Below, in pieces: positions 48,308-58,071 of a stretch of 64,000 nt of DNA. The DNA lies in assembly GCA_043732185.1 (NCBI GenBank), contig JAYTHY010000094.1, positions 1-64,000 on the forward strand, read 5' to 3'. The stretch comes from Fibrobacteria bacterium (GTDB taxonomy: Bacteria > Fibrobacterota > Fibrobacteria > UBA11236). Position 1 is the first letter of the stretch. Each line of letters begins with the position of its first letter. The translations under genes and the position numbers were made by a program. The notes beneath the pieces were generated by a model. The model made no database searches. It was not told where the DNA came from and was given only the letters and a program-made list of their open reading frames with translations.

Positions 48308-49436
48308 AGTCCGTAAAATATCGTTGACACACTTGCTCCCAATCACAAGCTTCCGCATGCCTTCGTGCATTCTGTCCTAAGCGCAGCAACAGTTCCCGAT
48401 TCGACATCAACAGCAATAGTTTTTCCGCAATTCCCTCCGGGTTTTCCGGATCGACCAGATATCCGGTCTCGCCGTCCAGCACGGCATCGAGTACGCCTCC
48501 GCTTGCTCCCCCCAGTGACGGTGTCCCACAGGCTCCGGCTTCTAAAAATACTATGCCGAAGCCTTCCACATCGGGCGGGCTTTCCGAGGAGCGACAGGGC
48601 ATCAGGAACACATCCGCATTGGCATAGCACTGTCCCTTATCCCCATCAGGGACTTGGCCCAAAAAGCGGACATGCTTTTCCAAGAAATATTTTTCAACCA
48701 AAGTTTTAAGCCTAGGCAAATCCGGCCCTGCACCCCCTACACAATAAAGAATATCGTTGCGAATCTTTATCACATGGGCCAATGCTTCCAGCACCTTGTC
48801 TATACCCTTACGAGGCACCAAACGCGAAAGTGAAAGACAGACGAATAATTTTTCGGACTCTGGTCCAAAAACCTGTGCGCGGCCTTGAGGCGAAGGGGTA
48901 TCCTTAAAGAGACGGGTGCCGGGATGGATCACCTTACGGTTCTCGGGCTTAACACCAAAGGCATCCATCAGCCCATCCGTAAAGCGACTGATGCTGAGCA
49001 CGCGATTGGCCCCGCGCAAACAAACCGCGCGTGAATAACGCCAGAGGGCAGACTCCCCCGGAAGCACTTCCATTCCCATGCACAAAACGACATAGGGAAT
49101 GCCAAGCAGCCATGAGGCTAAAAGACTGCCGAATCCGGTGGTAACCTGCATGTTAACGATCATTCTGGGCTTATGTCGCCATGCATAAAGCGGCACGGCA
49201 ACATTTGCCAATAGAAAAGCCCGTAGTCGACCTGCACTTGGAACGTGCGCGTACGCCACCAGTCCTTGCGGCGCGGGTTCGCATGGATTTTGCCCAATGT
49301 GCAGCAAGACCAGCTTTTCACCTTTGCGAAGGCCATACCGTACCAATTCATCCGCCATGGTTTCGATGCCACCTTGGATCGGTGGATAATTTCGGCTGAT
49401 AAAAAGGATTGGACCTGGGCTTGCCATCGGTCTCAA
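48279..49436 (-). CDS. GT4 glycosyltransferase (PimB-like)
   Basis: NYPPIQGGIE, RLVPRKG, EGFGIVFLEAGACG, SGGVLDAV. Confidence 0.9.
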   Translation of the reverse strand: MRPMASPGPILFISRNYPPIQGGIETMADELVRYGLRKGEKLVLLHIGQNPCEPAPQGLVAYAHVPSAGRLRAFLLANVAVPLYAWRHKPRMIVNMQVTTGFGSLLASWLLGIPYVVLCMGMEVLPGESALWRYSRAVCLRGANRVLSISRFTDGLMDAFGVKPENRKVIHPGTRLFKDTPSPQGRAQVFGPESEKLFVCLSLSRLVPRKGIDKVLEALAHVIKIRNDILYCVGGAGPDLPRLKTLVEKYFLEKHVRFLGQVPDGDKGQCYANADVFLMPCRSSESPPDVEGFGIVFLEAGACGTPSLGGASGGVLDAVLDGETGYLVDPENPEGIAEKLLLLMSNRELLLRLGQNARRHAEACDWEQVCQRYFTDFNTVHPRTY

Positions 49437-49637
49437 GGTAAAAAGAGCGGCATCCGACTTTGTTCCATTTTTGCCTCAAATTTCCGAAACTCCCCAAAGG
49501 ATTGGGGTTTGGGTGCTTTTTGGTGCGTTTGGGTGCTTTTGAATGCTAAATAGGGAGCCTTGATCCTTGCTTCCCGGAAAAGCCGAACTCTATACTTTCT
49601 GTAGAAACTCCCAGGTTTCTGGGACTGGAGTATTATC

Positions 49638-50396
49638 GTGCGCGGGTTCCTGTTAGTATTGGGTGTACTCGGTCTCTTACCCGCCCTGCCAATCCAGGCT
49701 TTTGCCACACTTCCCGACAATCCCATCGCCTTTGGAAATTGCACCGCCACCGTAAAAGTGGATGCAGCCAGACTGCGCACCGGGCCATCCCTGGATGCTA
49801 AGATTGTGGGGGTTCGCCTACAAGACAGCCCCCTGTTCGTGACCAAGGTGTTTGGCAAATGGGTGCAGGTGGTCATGCCTACCGGCGATAGCGCCTACGT
49901 AGCCGCGTATCTGCTAACCTTTCCGGTCAATGAAATTCTGGAACAATGGAAACGGGCCAATCCCGCGCCGAGTGTCGGCAAAAAAGCCCGGGTAAAGTGG
50001 GCTAGAGTCAATTATAGGCTGTATCCCTCCTCGAAATCCCCCTATTTAGGCCATTTTACCCGCAATGAAGAGGTGGCCATATTAAGCGACCTTGGAAATG
50101 GCTGGAGTTTGGTTGAAAGTCAAAATTCAGGAGGAGCGGGATCCCGGTTTGGATTTATTGCCAACCGAGCCCTGGCACCGCCTCTGATTCCTGATCCCAT
50201 TTATTGGAGCGCCCCGTTGGCCCGCGCACATGGCGCACCACCTAAAGCCAAAGAGCCTGTGGTAGAATCCTTGGGCGAGTATTGCGCCCGTACCGCCTGG
50301 ACGCCGCAGTTATTTGCCTTAGAGGTAAAAACGCACAGCCATCGTTATGCAGATCCTTTTGCCAGTGCGACGAAGGATTTGACGGCTTCACTGTAA
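49638..50396 (+). CDS. Secreted tandem SH3b-domain protein
   Basis: Signal peptide; ARLRTGPSLDAKIVG...GKWVQV...YV and VNYRLYPS...GNGWSLV...GFI. Confidence 0.75.
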   Translation: MRGFLLVLGVLGLLPALPIQAFATLPDNPIAFGNCTATVKVDAARLRTGPSLDAKIVGVRLQDSPLFVTKVFGKWVQVVMPTGDSAYVAAYLLTFPVNEILEQWKRANPAPSVGKKARVKWARVNYRLYPSSKSPYLGHFTRNEEVAILSDLGNGWSLVESQNSGGAGSRFGFIANRALAPPLIPDPIYWSAPLARAHGAPPKAKEPVVESLGEYCARTAWTPQLFALEVKTHSHRYADPFASATKDLTASL

Positions 50397-50434
50397 GCCT
50401 TTATTTAACCGTGACTTCCGCTACTATCAAATAA

Positions 50435-52204
50435 CTAAAACGAACCTTGCACGGCGCCTATAACTCTATAACTGAGTGGATTTCCATTGGGCTGTTCTAA
50501 GACTTTTTCCCCGAAGGCATGCAACAGGGACAGGGAGAGCTGCAGCTTATCTGCCGCAAAAGCGTGCGACACGGACACATTATTTTCAAAATGGGACGGC
50601 ACAAGGAAGTCCGATCCCCAGCCTCGGACTTGCTTTTCGCCCACATAATCGAATTGGGCTGCCAGTTTAAGGACGGTGTGAAAATCCCAGCCCATGCCCA
50701 GCCCAAGCCATTCACTGCTTGGACGAAACTCCATAGCCTTGGCATCATGGCCCCAAAAATCCCGCCATCCCGCCTGCACATTCCAGTATCCGCCTCTTTC
50801 TTTTTCGCCCCAACCTAAAATGCCACCGGCAAAAAGTCGCAAACTGGCATTCTCAAGTACATAGTCGCTACCCGTATAGGCACCGCTGCGTATCCTTGCA
50901 CCATTAATCGTGTCCATATATTGCAGATGAAATAAAGGGGCTTCCCATTCCAGAACCTGATTCCCGGAAATGCCGATTTCGAAATTTTTTCGCTTTTCCC
51001 GATACTCCAGCTCAGCGGAAACGCCTCGCGCCTGTATACCCGGTTTGGACTGGGCGACCCAACCGGTATCTTCGACAAAATTTTCCGTGGGAACTTTATA
51101 CCCCTGCATGGAATGACGATAATAGCCTTTTACAATCTGGCGGATTTGATGGGAACCGAATTTTTCTTTAAACTCGGAGCTGTGCAAGAGTGTGATCAGC
51201 CGATCCCGGAATCCCAGCGCACCTTGTGAAATCATTTCCAAGGGCAAGGAGTCGGGCGCATGCCAGTCTTGACGATAGCGAAAACGCGTCGGATAGGTTT
51301 TTTCCACAAAGGGCATGAACAAAGAATCTGAAATCATTTCCCGGCGCTGAAATCCCACATCCAGTCTCCACACCCAGCCGCCTTCTGAAGCTCCCAGGAA
51401 TCCCATATTCAGCTCAGAGCGACCATAATGCGTGCGATAAAAAGACTGATGGATGGGCAAATCCCATTCCTGATCGACCAAGGACAAATCGAAATCCTCA
51501 CCCACCCGATAGGCAAGTTCTGCGTTATAACCTTCCCAGGGATACACACGGCCGGAAACCGGCGAAGCCGTCCACCACCATCCCTGGTTGGCTTGCACAG
51601 CTAGGGTTGCGCCTCGATGTGCAAAGGAGCCGCCCACATTTGCCAGACTGCGCAAAGGCAGGTTTCCGCCGAGCCAGGCCAAGCCTTCCGGCTTTCCTCC
51701 CACCAGGGCCCGGCGAGTGGCGTAACTGTGGGAAGATAAAGCATCCTCCAAATCGATCCCGCCATGAAGGCGAAGGCCGTCCAACATTTCCCAGTCGACA
51801 TCTCCGATACCCACACCGGTATTGCCGTTGGGAACAAATCCGCCCTTGGCGTGAAATACCAAAGGCACGCTGTCCGTTTGCCAAGTTCTATCCGGGCCTA
51901 AATGCAGAAAGGGTTGAGTGGGCCAAAGAAAAGGCGTCGGCTCTCCAGTGGCCTGATAAAATTCCCTACCCGAAATGAATCCTTGCGTCCCGTCCAACAG
52001 AAAATGATTCTCGGGTTGTTCCAAGCGGTTCTGCAGAAATTCGGACTCGGCTGTTATGTCTGCAGGTTTTGCCCAGGCGGGAACCGGATCTCCAAAAATA
52101 ACCGATGCGGAAATCCCTAGTAACGGCACCGTTACTGTAAGGGTCGCCATACACGATGTCATAGACGTCGCCACACACCTCGTCATAAACTTTAAAATTT
52201 CCAT
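50435..52204 (-). CDS. Hypothetical outer-membrane beta-barrel protein
   Basis: Alternating amphipathic strands, C-terminal YRVIGAVQGSF; start moved to ATG 52204 to avoid the rsmB overlap. Confidence 0.55.
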   Translation of the reverse strand: MEILKFMTRCVATSMTSCMATLTVTVPLLGISASVIFGDPVPAWAKPADITAESEFLQNRLEQPENHFLLDGTQGFISGREFYQATGEPTPFLWPTQPFLHLGPDRTWQTDSVPLVFHAKGGFVPNGNTGVGIGDVDWEMLDGLRLHGGIDLEDALSSHSYATRRALVGGKPEGLAWLGGNLPLRSLANVGGSFAHRGATLAVQANQGWWWTASPVSGRVYPWEGYNAELAYRVGEDFDLSLVDQEWDLPIHQSFYRTHYGRSELNMGFLGASEGGWVWRLDVGFQRREMISDSLFMPFVEKTYPTRFRYRQDWHAPDSLPLEMISQGALGFRDRLITLLHSSEFKEKFGSHQIRQIVKGYYRHSMQGYKVPTENFVEDTGWVAQSKPGIQARGVSAELEYREKRKNFEIGISGNQVLEWEAPLFHLQYMDTINGARIRSGAYTGSDYVLENASLRLFAGGILGWGEKERGGYWNVQAGWRDFWGHDAKAMEFRPSSEWLGLGMGWDFHTVLKLAAQFDYVGEKQVRGWGSDFLVPSHFENNVSVSHAFAADKLQLSLSLLHAFGEKVLEQPNGNPLSYRVIGAVQGSF

Positions 52205-52244
52205 CGGCTTGATCCTTATCTTTACCCTATGAAAGGTGCTGGTT

Positions 52245-53642
52245 TCATGCCTTTTCGTTTTTCCGCTCCAGTCGAGCGGCAAAGAATCCGTCGTATTCCG
52301 ACTCCCCGGGATGGAGCCAGAGAAAGCCGCGCTTGACCGACCAGGCGGGCAGGTGTTCGGCCGCATCGATGAGCACCCAATCGCGGTGAGAAGCGAGGAA
52401 GGTTTTGATGACGCCGGCGGTTTCCTCGTCTTCCGGACTACAGGTAGCATAGACGATACGTCCCTTGGGGCCGGCCAATGTCGCGGCCTGGTCGAGCAGT
52501 TCCCGCTGCTTATCCGCCAACCGCTGTAAATCGGCGGGACTGCGCGTCCAGCGCGCCTCCGGACGTCGGCGCAATACGCCTAGATTGCTGCACGGCGCAT
52601 CCACCACCACAACATCAAAGGTCTTTCGCAGGGCGGGCTGCGCCGAGTCCATAACCACGGGCAAGAGCTTCCGGTGGCCCAGACGATCGATGGCATCGCG
52701 AATAAGCCGGAGGCGACGCATGGAAATATCGCCACAGACAACGGCTGCATTTTCCGAATGCGATTCCCCCAAGTACTGGGCCCTCTCCACAAGACAAGCG
52801 GCTTTGCCTCCCGGGGCCGCGCACATATCGAGCAATGAGCTGCCGGGTCGCCAATCGGCGAGTTCGGCAATCAGCCAAGCGGCCGGGTCCTGGAAGGCGA
52901 TGGCGCCAGAGGTGAACAGTTCCGAGTGCAATACAGCTTGCCCACCTCCGCCGCGTTCGCCGGTGATCACGCGAAGAAACATCGGGGCATATCCGTCGCG
53001 TTCCGTTTGTACGTTCAGGGCGGCCAGTTGCGATTGGACCCTTTCCACCACCGCATCTCCATCCCCATCCCCATCAAGGACTCCGCCTGCTTCAAGGGCT
53101 TTCCGCACATTGACCCGAATCCAAATTGGGGCTTCTTGATTATTCCGCTCCAAAGCCAACATCAGCCCTTTGCGGCCTAGACGCTTGAACCAGCGCCGCA
53201 CCAACCATTCCGGATGGGAATAATTCACAGACAAGGATCCAAAGCTGTCTCCGGACTCTTTCTGTATACCCTCCTTGGACATTTTCTTAAGCACGACATT
53301 TACAAAACCAGCCTGTGGCGATCCCTCATAGCGCTTGGCCAACTCAACGCCCACATTTACGGCGGCAAAGTCCGGGACCTCCAAAAAGAAGATTTGATAA
53401 GCGGTCAGTCGCAGCACGGCCCGGAGCACACCGCTGGGCTTTTTAGCCGCATGTCTGTCGATATTGAAATCGAGCAAGGTCATGTTACGGATGACTCCCA
53501 AACAGATTTCCCGGACCAACGCTTTATCGGGCGGGGTCAATTCATGGGTATGGCGCGGGAACAGGTCCTTTAAAAAGGCGCCCGTGGTCTCATGGTCCAT
53601 GAGGATGTTGAGGACAGCGTCCCGGGATGCATAGCCTTGCAA
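52245..53642 (-). CDS. rsmB: 16S rRNA m5C967 methyltransferase RsmB/Sun (NusB-like N-terminus)
   Basis: YSHPEWL, FQD, DMCAAPGGK, VDAPCSNLG, YATCS, DGFFAARL. Confidence 0.9.
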   Translation of the reverse strand: MQGYASRDAVLNILMDHETTGAFLKDLFPRHTHELTPPDKALVREICLGVIRNMTLLDFNIDRHAAKKPSGVLRAVLRLTAYQIFFLEVPDFAAVNVGVELAKRYEGSPQAGFVNVVLKKMSKEGIQKESGDSFGSLSVNYSHPEWLVRRWFKRLGRKGLMLALERNNQEAPIWIRVNVRKALEAGGVLDGDGDGDAVVERVQSQLAALNVQTERDGYAPMFLRVITGERGGGGQAVLHSELFTSGAIAFQDPAAWLIAELADWRPGSSLLDMCAAPGGKAACLVERAQYLGESHSENAAVVCGDISMRRLRLIRDAIDRLGHRKLLPVVMDSAQPALRKTFDVVVVDAPCSNLGVLRRRPEARWTRSPADLQRLADKQRELLDQAATLAGPKGRIVYATCSPEDEETAGVIKTFLASHRDWVLIDAAEHLPAWSVKRGFLWLHPGESEYDGFFAARLERKNEKA

Positions 53643-53734
53643 GGTATTCCTGGATGGGGTTGGAAATAGAAAAGATTGAAACTCGAAAATTAGCTTAATC
53701 GCAGGGAATGTGCAGCCCTCCTAGGGAACATACA

Positions 53735-53790
53735 CGTTACCTTTACCCGGTTACTTTTGACCGGCTACTTTTACCCTGTTGCTTTTACCC
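53735..53790. repeat. Four imperfect 14-bp tandem repeats (consensus nGTTACTTTTACCC) between fmt and rsmB
   Basis: CGTTACCTTTACCC GGTTACTTTTGACC GGCTACTTTTACCC TGTTGCTTTTACCC. Confidence 0.75.
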
Positions 53791-53792
53791 AG

Positions 53793-54776
53793 CTATTCAA
53801 AGCAGAGGTCGTCCCTATTCTGCAAACCGTTGACGAAATCGGGTCCATGGAGACGCGGTTTCCCTTCCCATTGCACCTCCAGCAGCTTGAGAACGCCCGC
53901 GCCAGTGCCCACCAAGGGATGGCGGTCGGCGGAGATGCGCACTTCGCCCGGTTTTAGTGAGGGTTCTGATGTGGTTTCTGATGCGGATGCGGATTCGGAT
54001 ATCAAGCCAGGAGGCCCGCTCGCTTCCACCTTGGAGACATGGATGCGTAGCACCTTCTCCGTTCCCGCCAGCTTGGTAAAACAGATGGGAAAGGGATTGA
54101 AGGCACGGATGCGGTCGTGCAGGACCTGTGCGGGGAGGTTCCAGTCCAGACGGCCGTCCTCCTTTTTAAGTTTGGGAGCCGGGCTGGCGCCTTGGTGGTC
54201 CTGTTCGATGGACTCGGCGCGTCCTGCCTCCAAATCGTCCAAGACCCTAAGCAACACGTCCTGGCCCAGATCCCTTAGGCGCGAGAAAATATCAGATGCG
54301 TTTTCCTCCGGCCCAATCGGCGTGGTCACCTTGGCCAGCACCCGGCCATGGTCCACCAGCGCATCGAGCTGAAAAACGGTCACACCGGTTTCCGTTTCCC
54401 CGGAAGCGATGGCCCATTGAATGGGAGCCGCCCCCCGGTATTTGGGAAGCAGGGAGCCATGCACATTGACGGCACCGAAACGGGTCAGGGAAAAGAGGGT
54501 AGCGGGCAGGATACGGTAGGCGACAACCACCAAAAGATCGGCGGCCACATTTTTGATAAGGTCGTGGAACTCGGGCGTTTTGAGTGAGAGCGGCTGGGAT
54601 ACCGGTAGCCCCAATTCCAGGGCTTTCTCCTTGACCGGCGGCGCAGTCAATACTTGCCCCCGACCCTTCGGCCTATCCGGCTGGCTTACGACCAATGCCA
54701 CCTGATGCCGACTCTTATGCAAGGATTCCAAGAACGGGGACGCGAAATCGGGCGTGCCCATAAAGACGATTTTCAT
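53793..54776 (-). CDS. fmt: Methionyl-tRNA formyltransferase
   Basis: FMGTPDFA, QPDRPKGRG, NVHGSLLPKYRGAAPIQ, IRAFNP. Confidence 0.96.
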   Translation of the reverse strand: MKIVFMGTPDFASPFLESLHKSRHQVALVVSQPDRPKGRGQVLTAPPVKEKALELGLPVSQPLSLKTPEFHDLIKNVAADLLVVVAYRILPATLFSLTRFGAVNVHGSLLPKYRGAAPIQWAIASGETETGVTVFQLDALVDHGRVLAKVTTPIGPEENASDIFSRLRDLGQDVLLRVLDDLEAGRAESIEQDHQGASPAPKLKKEDGRLDWNLPAQVLHDRIRAFNPFPICFTKLAGTEKVLRIHVSKVEASGPPGLISESASASETTSEPSLKPGEVRISADRHPLVGTGAGVLKLLEVQWEGKPRLHGPDFVNGLQNRDDLCFE

Positions 54777-54779
54777 CGC

Positions 54780-55757
54780 TTATCCCTTCTTCAAGGGCCG
54801 CCACCACTTTTCATGGGCTTTATACCAAGCTACGGTAGCAGCCAATCCGGATTCAAAATCATGCTTGGGCGTCCAGCCCAGTTCCGATTTGGCTTTGCTG
54901 GCATCAATGGCATAGCGGCGATCATGACCGAGTCGATCCTGCACGTATTTGATCGAGGATTCATCCTTGCCCAGGAGGGATAAAAGATTTTTGGCGATGA
55001 CGATATTCTCGCGCTCATTGCCTCCGCCCAGATTATACGTTTCTCCGGCTCGGCCCTTTTCCAATACCAGCAGCAGTCCGGCGCAATGATCTTCTACATG
55101 AATCCAATCGCGGATGTTTTTGCCATCGCCGTAAATGGGGATTTGTTGGTCGTCCATCAAATTGGAGATGAGCAGGGGAATGAGCTTTTCCGGAAATTGG
55201 TACGGGCCGTAATTATTGGAACACCGCGTCAACACTGTATCCATGCCAAAGGTATGGTGATAGGCTTGCACCAGAAGGTCGGAGCCGGCCTTGCTGGCGG
55301 AATATGGGGAGTTGGGCGCCAGCGGCGTGGTTTCAGAAAACAGACCGGTGGTACCCAGCGAACCATACACCTCGTCCGTGGACACGTGCAAAAATCGGGA
55401 TACCTTCGCGCGCCTGGCGGTTTCCAGCAGCACCTGGGTTCCCAGCACATTGGTGCGTACAAATATCTCGGGCCCGTCGATACTGCGATCCACGTGGGAT
55501 TCGGCGGCAAAATGTACCACGGCATCAGGGTTCGTACTGAAGATTTCGGCGGTAAAAGCATGGTCGCAAATATCGCCTTTGTAGAAGTGATACTGGGGGT
55601 TGCCGGCGATGTCCTGGAGGCTGGAAGGATTTCCCGCATAGGTCAAACTGTCGATATTGGTGATGCGCCAATCCCGTCTATTGGTGAGAATATGCCGGAT
55701 GAAATTGGACCCGATAAAACCACAACCGCCCGTTACCACTATATGCATGTCGCTCAC
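54780..55757 (-). CDS. rfbB: dTDP-glucose 4,6-dehydratase
   Basis: [63 protein letters not shown]. Confidence 0.96.
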   Translation of the reverse strand: MSDMHIVVTGGCGFIGSNFIRHILTNRRDWRITNIDSLTYAGNPSSLQDIAGNPQYHFYKGDICDHAFTAEIFSTNPDAVVHFAAESHVDRSIDGPEIFVRTNVLGTQVLLETARRAKVSRFLHVSTDEVYGSLGTTGLFSETTPLAPNSPYSASKAGSDLLVQAYHHTFGMDTVLTRCSNNYGPYQFPEKLIPLLISNLMDDQQIPIYGDGKNIRDWIHVEDHCAGLLLVLEKGRAGETYNLGGGNERENIVIAKNLLSLLGKDESSIKYVQDRLGHDRRYAIDASKAKSELGWTPKHDFESGLAATVAWYKAHEKWWRPLKKG

Positions 55758-55861
55758 TCCATCAAATGGAAAATTCGAAAAAGACCTACAATGAAACTAG
55801 AAAATTGCCGGGCCCAAAGCATGGTCGCGCCAACAGGATGGATGAGGGTGAGGCGAGTTCG

Positions 55862-56926
55862 TTATTTGGAAAATTCGCCCGACACGCGAATCAGCTCCGG
55901 TTCAATACGGAGGAAAGCTTGCACCAGGTCCGGATCGAAATGCTTGCCGGATTCCGCTAATATAAGACGCCGAGCATCATCATGGGGAATGGGTTCTTTA
56001 TAACAACGGCGCGACACTAAGGCATCGTACACATCCGCCAAGGCTACAATACGTGCCGAGAGGGGAATGTTTTTACCTGCCAGGGGTTTGCCGATACCCG
56101 GCTCCACGAACATAGCTTTGGTAGCCCCGAGTACGTTTGGATAGCCGGTACCATCATAGCGTTGATGATGATGATATGCGATTTCCTTGCTCAAAGAATA
56201 GAACGTGCGCCATTGGAGTTTCAGTTCCAGCTCATGCAGCAAATCACCACCGATGATGGTATGCATCTTCATGATTTCGAATTCGCTAATAGTGAGGCCA
56301 CCTTGCTTCTTGAGGATGTCATCGCGGATGCCAACCTTGCCGATATCGTGCAGCGGAGCGGCGATAAATATCTCATCGCAATAGGTGCGGGTGATATAGC
56401 CCACATATTCGGGCACCTGGGCCATCTCCTGGGCAAGCATGCGGGAATAATGGGACATGCGGATGATATGATCGCCCGTATCCGGATCGCGTACCTCCGA
56501 GATCTTGGCAAAGCCGAGGATGGAAACCTTTTGGATTTCATTGCCTCGTTCCAGACCTTCGATGATGCGCTTATGCATGGTCTGGTTGTTTTTGCGATGA
56601 CCGGCCGCCAAAAGGCTGAGCGCCACATAGGGCAGTAAAAATTCCGGTAGCCATGCCAGATAATGCGGAGGGCGGGTTGGCAAAAATCCTGCTGGAGTCC
56701 CATACATGAATACATGAATGCAGAATCGCAAAATATGAAAAGCCAGCCCACAAAATAGGGCAGGAAGCACCGGGTTTTCCAGAGCGCCTTCAAATACAGC
56801 CATAAAATGCTTAGTCATGGCATGTGATCCAGATTGCAGCGATTCAAACCCGCGTCCCAGGCCTTCAGCCCGCAGTCCCAGGCCTTTTATGCTCTTTGGT
56901 TGACCGTGAATATCCAATAAAGTCAT
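55862..56926 (-). CDS. Membrane-anchored HD-GYP c-di-GMP phosphodiesterase
   Basis: Two hydrophobic segments; TGDH..R, LHDIGKVGI, HHQRYDGTGYP, IPLSARIVALADVYDAL. Confidence 0.9.
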   Translation of the reverse strand: MTLLDIHGQPKSIKGLGLRAEGLGRGFESLQSGSHAMTKHFMAVFEGALENPVLPALFCGLAFHILRFCIHVFMYGTPAGFLPTRPPHYLAWLPEFLLPYVALSLLAAGHRKNNQTMHKRIIEGLERGNEIQKVSILGFAKISEVRDPDTGDHIIRMSHYSRMLAQEMAQVPEYVGYITRTYCDEIFIAAPLHDIGKVGIRDDILKKQGGLTISEFEIMKMHTIIGGDLLHELELKLQWRTFYSLSKEIAYHHHQRYDGTGYPNVLGATKAMFVEPGIGKPLAGKNIPLSARIVALADVYDALVSRRCYKEPIPHDDARRLILAESGKHFDPDLVQAFLRIEPELIRVSGEFSK

Positions 56927-57201
56927 ACCTTAAATCACCTTTAAAAGACCCTTAGGTTTGCACCAAATATATAATAGGTCGTGGGGGACGTGTTCACATA
57001 AGGTTTTTATCGCTCCGAATCCGGCTTAAAAGGGAATTGCCCCTAGTCCCCCGGATTGAGCGCCGGCGTCCCGCCAATAGTCGTTTACTGCTTTGATTTT
57101 ACTATGATTTGAAATCGGTTAGGGACCCGATAATGGGGCTTTTTCCCAATCTAAACCGATTGAGCCTAAGCCTTTAATTAGCTCAACTAAGTGCAGCCAT
57201 C

Positions 57202-58029
57202 ATGAATCCGCGTCCTTCTCAAAGCCGTTCTCATCTGCAAAAGCAAGCCATGCGGAAAGTCCAAACATTGATGAAAATGCGCGGCCAATTGACTGAAAAT
57301 CTGGGCTTTTCGCGTATCGATCACGACCGAGACGCGCGCAAAGGCTTTCCGGAAGTGATCTTTGGACCGGGTAAAACGCCCACTCAGATCCTGACCATCG
57401 CCGGAAAAATTTTGGCCCGTTCTGGAAGGCTACTCGTGACGCGCGTAGACGAGCCCACGTTCCATTTGCTCCATTCGAAGCATCCGTTCCTGAAATATTC
57501 CGCTCAGGCACGGGCCATTTTTTATACCGGCAGTCCAGACTTGAAAAAGCGTCATCAGCTACGCCGAGGTCATGTTTTGGTTGTTTGCGCCGGGACTGGA
57601 GACATTCCGGTGGCTGAAGAAGCCGCACTAACAGCTCGCCTGCTAGGCTGCCGGGTCAAAACCATACATGATGTAGGGGTAGCGGGGCTTCATCGTTTGC
57701 TGACCCAATTGCCAACGCTTAAGCGAGCCAGCGTCATTGTTGCGGTGGCGGGGATGGAAGGAACTATGCCAGGCGTGGTGGCCGGGCTAGTAAACAAGCC
57801 CGTTATCGGTGTGCCAACGAGCATTGGCTATGGCTCTTCCATGCAGGGAATGGCGGCACTATTGGCGCTACTCAACTCATGTGCTTCTGGACTGACCGTG
57901 GTGAATATCGACAATGGTTTTGGGGCGGGTTTTGCTGCGGCCCAAATCCTGCGCCTGGCCCAAAAAAAAGTGTCTTCACAGCGCATCTCCCGTTCCCGCC
58001 CCTTGCGCCCATCCAAACCAAGGTCGTAA
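57202..58029 (+). CDS. larB: LarB / NCAIR mutase-like nickel-pincer cofactor biosynthesis protein
   Basis: DHDR..RKGFPEVIFGPGKT, AGTGDIPVAEEA, DVGVAGLHRL, AGMEG, PTSIGYG, LNSCASG, NIDNGFGAG. Confidence 0.88.
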   Translation: MNPRPSQSRSHLQKQAMRKVQTLMKMRGQLTENLGFSRIDHDRDARKGFPEVIFGPGKTPTQILTIAGKILARSGRLLVTRVDEPTFHLLHSKHPFLKYSAQARAIFYTGSPDLKKRHQLRRGHVLVVCAGTGDIPVAEEAALTARLLGCRVKTIHDVGVAGLHRLLTQLPTLKRASVIVAVAGMEGTMPGVVAGLVNKPVIGVPTSIGYGSSMQGMAALLALLNSCASGLTVVNIDNGFGAGFAAAQILRLAQKKVSSQRISRSRPLRPSKPRS

Positions 58030-58071
58030 AATAAGCTAGAACGGAAACCGGGTCTGGACAGGCTTGACCGG

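Noticed and set aside
52205..52450. N-terminal 82 aa of ORF 50435..52450
   Set aside because: Overlaps the rsmB 3' end in another frame; ATG 52204 gives a plausible signal-like start
53040..54000. Low-complexity inserts in RsmB (DGDGDGD) and Fmt (SESASASETTSE)
   Set aside because: Short in-frame slippage expansions in probable surface loops; no evidence of function
55767..55877. TGGAAAATTCG repeated 100 bp apart at the HD-GYP 3' end
   Set aside because: Only 11 bp and two copies, with no element between them; could be chance
55086..56003. 305-aa plus-strand ORF (likewise 26503..27216, 30480..31232, 41998..42678, 52465..53139, 3658..4254)
   Set aside because: Antisense shadows of well-supported genes (rfbB, ettA, methyltransferase, GH74, rsmB, GT)
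56930..57200. Possible ncRNA or riboswitch in the HD-GYP/larB intergenic region
   Set aside because: No tRNA cloverleaf or recognisable riboswitch consensus by eye; an Rfam/Infernal scan would be needed
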